A DNA stretch of 64,000 bases from Auanema rhodensis (lineage: Eukaryota > Animalia > Nematoda). This document shows, one piece after another, positions 63,347-64,000 of this stretch. The stretch covers positions 12,400,001 to 12,464,000 of the forward strand of contig OZ059896.1 of assembly GCA_964057225.1 (NCBI GenBank). The letters are read 5' to 3'. A program made the position numbers and the translations under genes. Numbering within the stretch: the first letter of the stretch is position 1; each line of letters opens with the position of its first letter. The notes under the pieces were generated by a model. The model was given only the letters and a program-made list of their open reading frames with translations, was not told where the DNA came from and searched no databases.

Positions 63347-64000
63347 TGTTATACTTTATAATTCTGTACTTTATTCTTTCTATAATTTTTATGTATTTCT
63401 TTATTCTGTGTTTTATATTTTATATTTTATAATTCTAGTTTCTTGTCTTAGTGTATTATGTTATCAGTTATATTTTGCAGCCTCAGCATTTTCCGAGATA
63501 GTTATAATTGTCATTGACAACTTATAACCTTTCGTAGAAAATGCTGATAACATTCGCTATATAAGCTTGCCATTCAACTGAATCTTCAGTTGGCGGACTT
63601 ATCTTTATCTTTATTTGTTTATTGTTTAAATGTTTTTTTTATTCATAATAAATCTTTCTCTCTTCCTCAAATCTTATTGTTTCTTTTACAACATATCTAA
63701 GGGTCAATAACATGGAACATTAATATCCAAACCAAGGATATTACATGGAGGTTCCACCTTAGAATCTTTTTACGATTTTCGAACTCGATTACATTATGAA
63801 TTATCATTCAGTTAAAGAGAATTTATTTTTTTGAGCGATTTCCCTGGGCTACCACCTCTCTTTCCAATTCAGTACGAAGGGTCTCACTCATTTTTTTAAT
63901 AAACAGGGTTGATATTTTGCGCAAGGGTGAGATACTGAATTGGCCAACTTTTCGATTTCTCTTTGTTTCTGCGCAGTTGTATTTTTGATTTTTCATTGTG
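63347..64000 (+). mobile_element. Gypsy 5' LTR (63347-63745), tRNA-Gln PBS (63746-63758) and leader (mirror copy)
   Basis: Mirror of 42997-43650. Confidence 0.9.

Larger units (their letters stand above)
42997..64000. repeat. Giant inverted repeat: near-identical arms 42997-51742 and 55255-64000 (probably extending beyond the window), with diverged inner arms and a spacer
   Basis: All paired ORFs have mirror coordinates summing to 106997, with only scattered SNPs. Confidence 0.97.

Overview
AT-rich eukaryotic DNA, most likely nematode (40-50 nt introns with TTTCAG-like acceptors, nematode-type tRNA-Gln, mariner TIR style). No ordinary host gene is present. The window is a nest of mobile elements inside a ~0.89-kb satellite whose unit carries a tRNA-Gln(CUG)-derived sequence. 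Left to right: (1) the satellite array, 1-8936; (2) a minus-strand BEL/Pao LTR element with a phlebovirus Gc-like envelope; (3) two related Maverick/Polinton virus-like transposons, the inner one (B, ~21.6-36.4 kb) inserted in opposite orientation into exon 4 of the polymerase gene of the outer one (A, ~13.7-37.8 kb); (4) a Ty3/Gypsy element with gag-env-pol order, a class III-like fusogen and a tRNA-Gln primer binding site, inserted in a mariner and itself interrupted by the Maverick A terminus; (5) a palindrome of at least 21 kb centred near 53.5 kb, whose arms are a mosaic of mariner, hAT, Gypsy, Maverick, MULE and satellite fragments. Most notable: the Maverick pPolB can be rebuilt as a 14-exon gene (13 spliceosomal introns, one GC-AG, two splitting catalytic motifs) while the virion genes lack introns. 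Both Mavericks also keep an intact 3-exon accessory gene encoding a D-box/CDK-site/Cys-rich protein. All family assignments come from motif recognition by eye; no database search was run.
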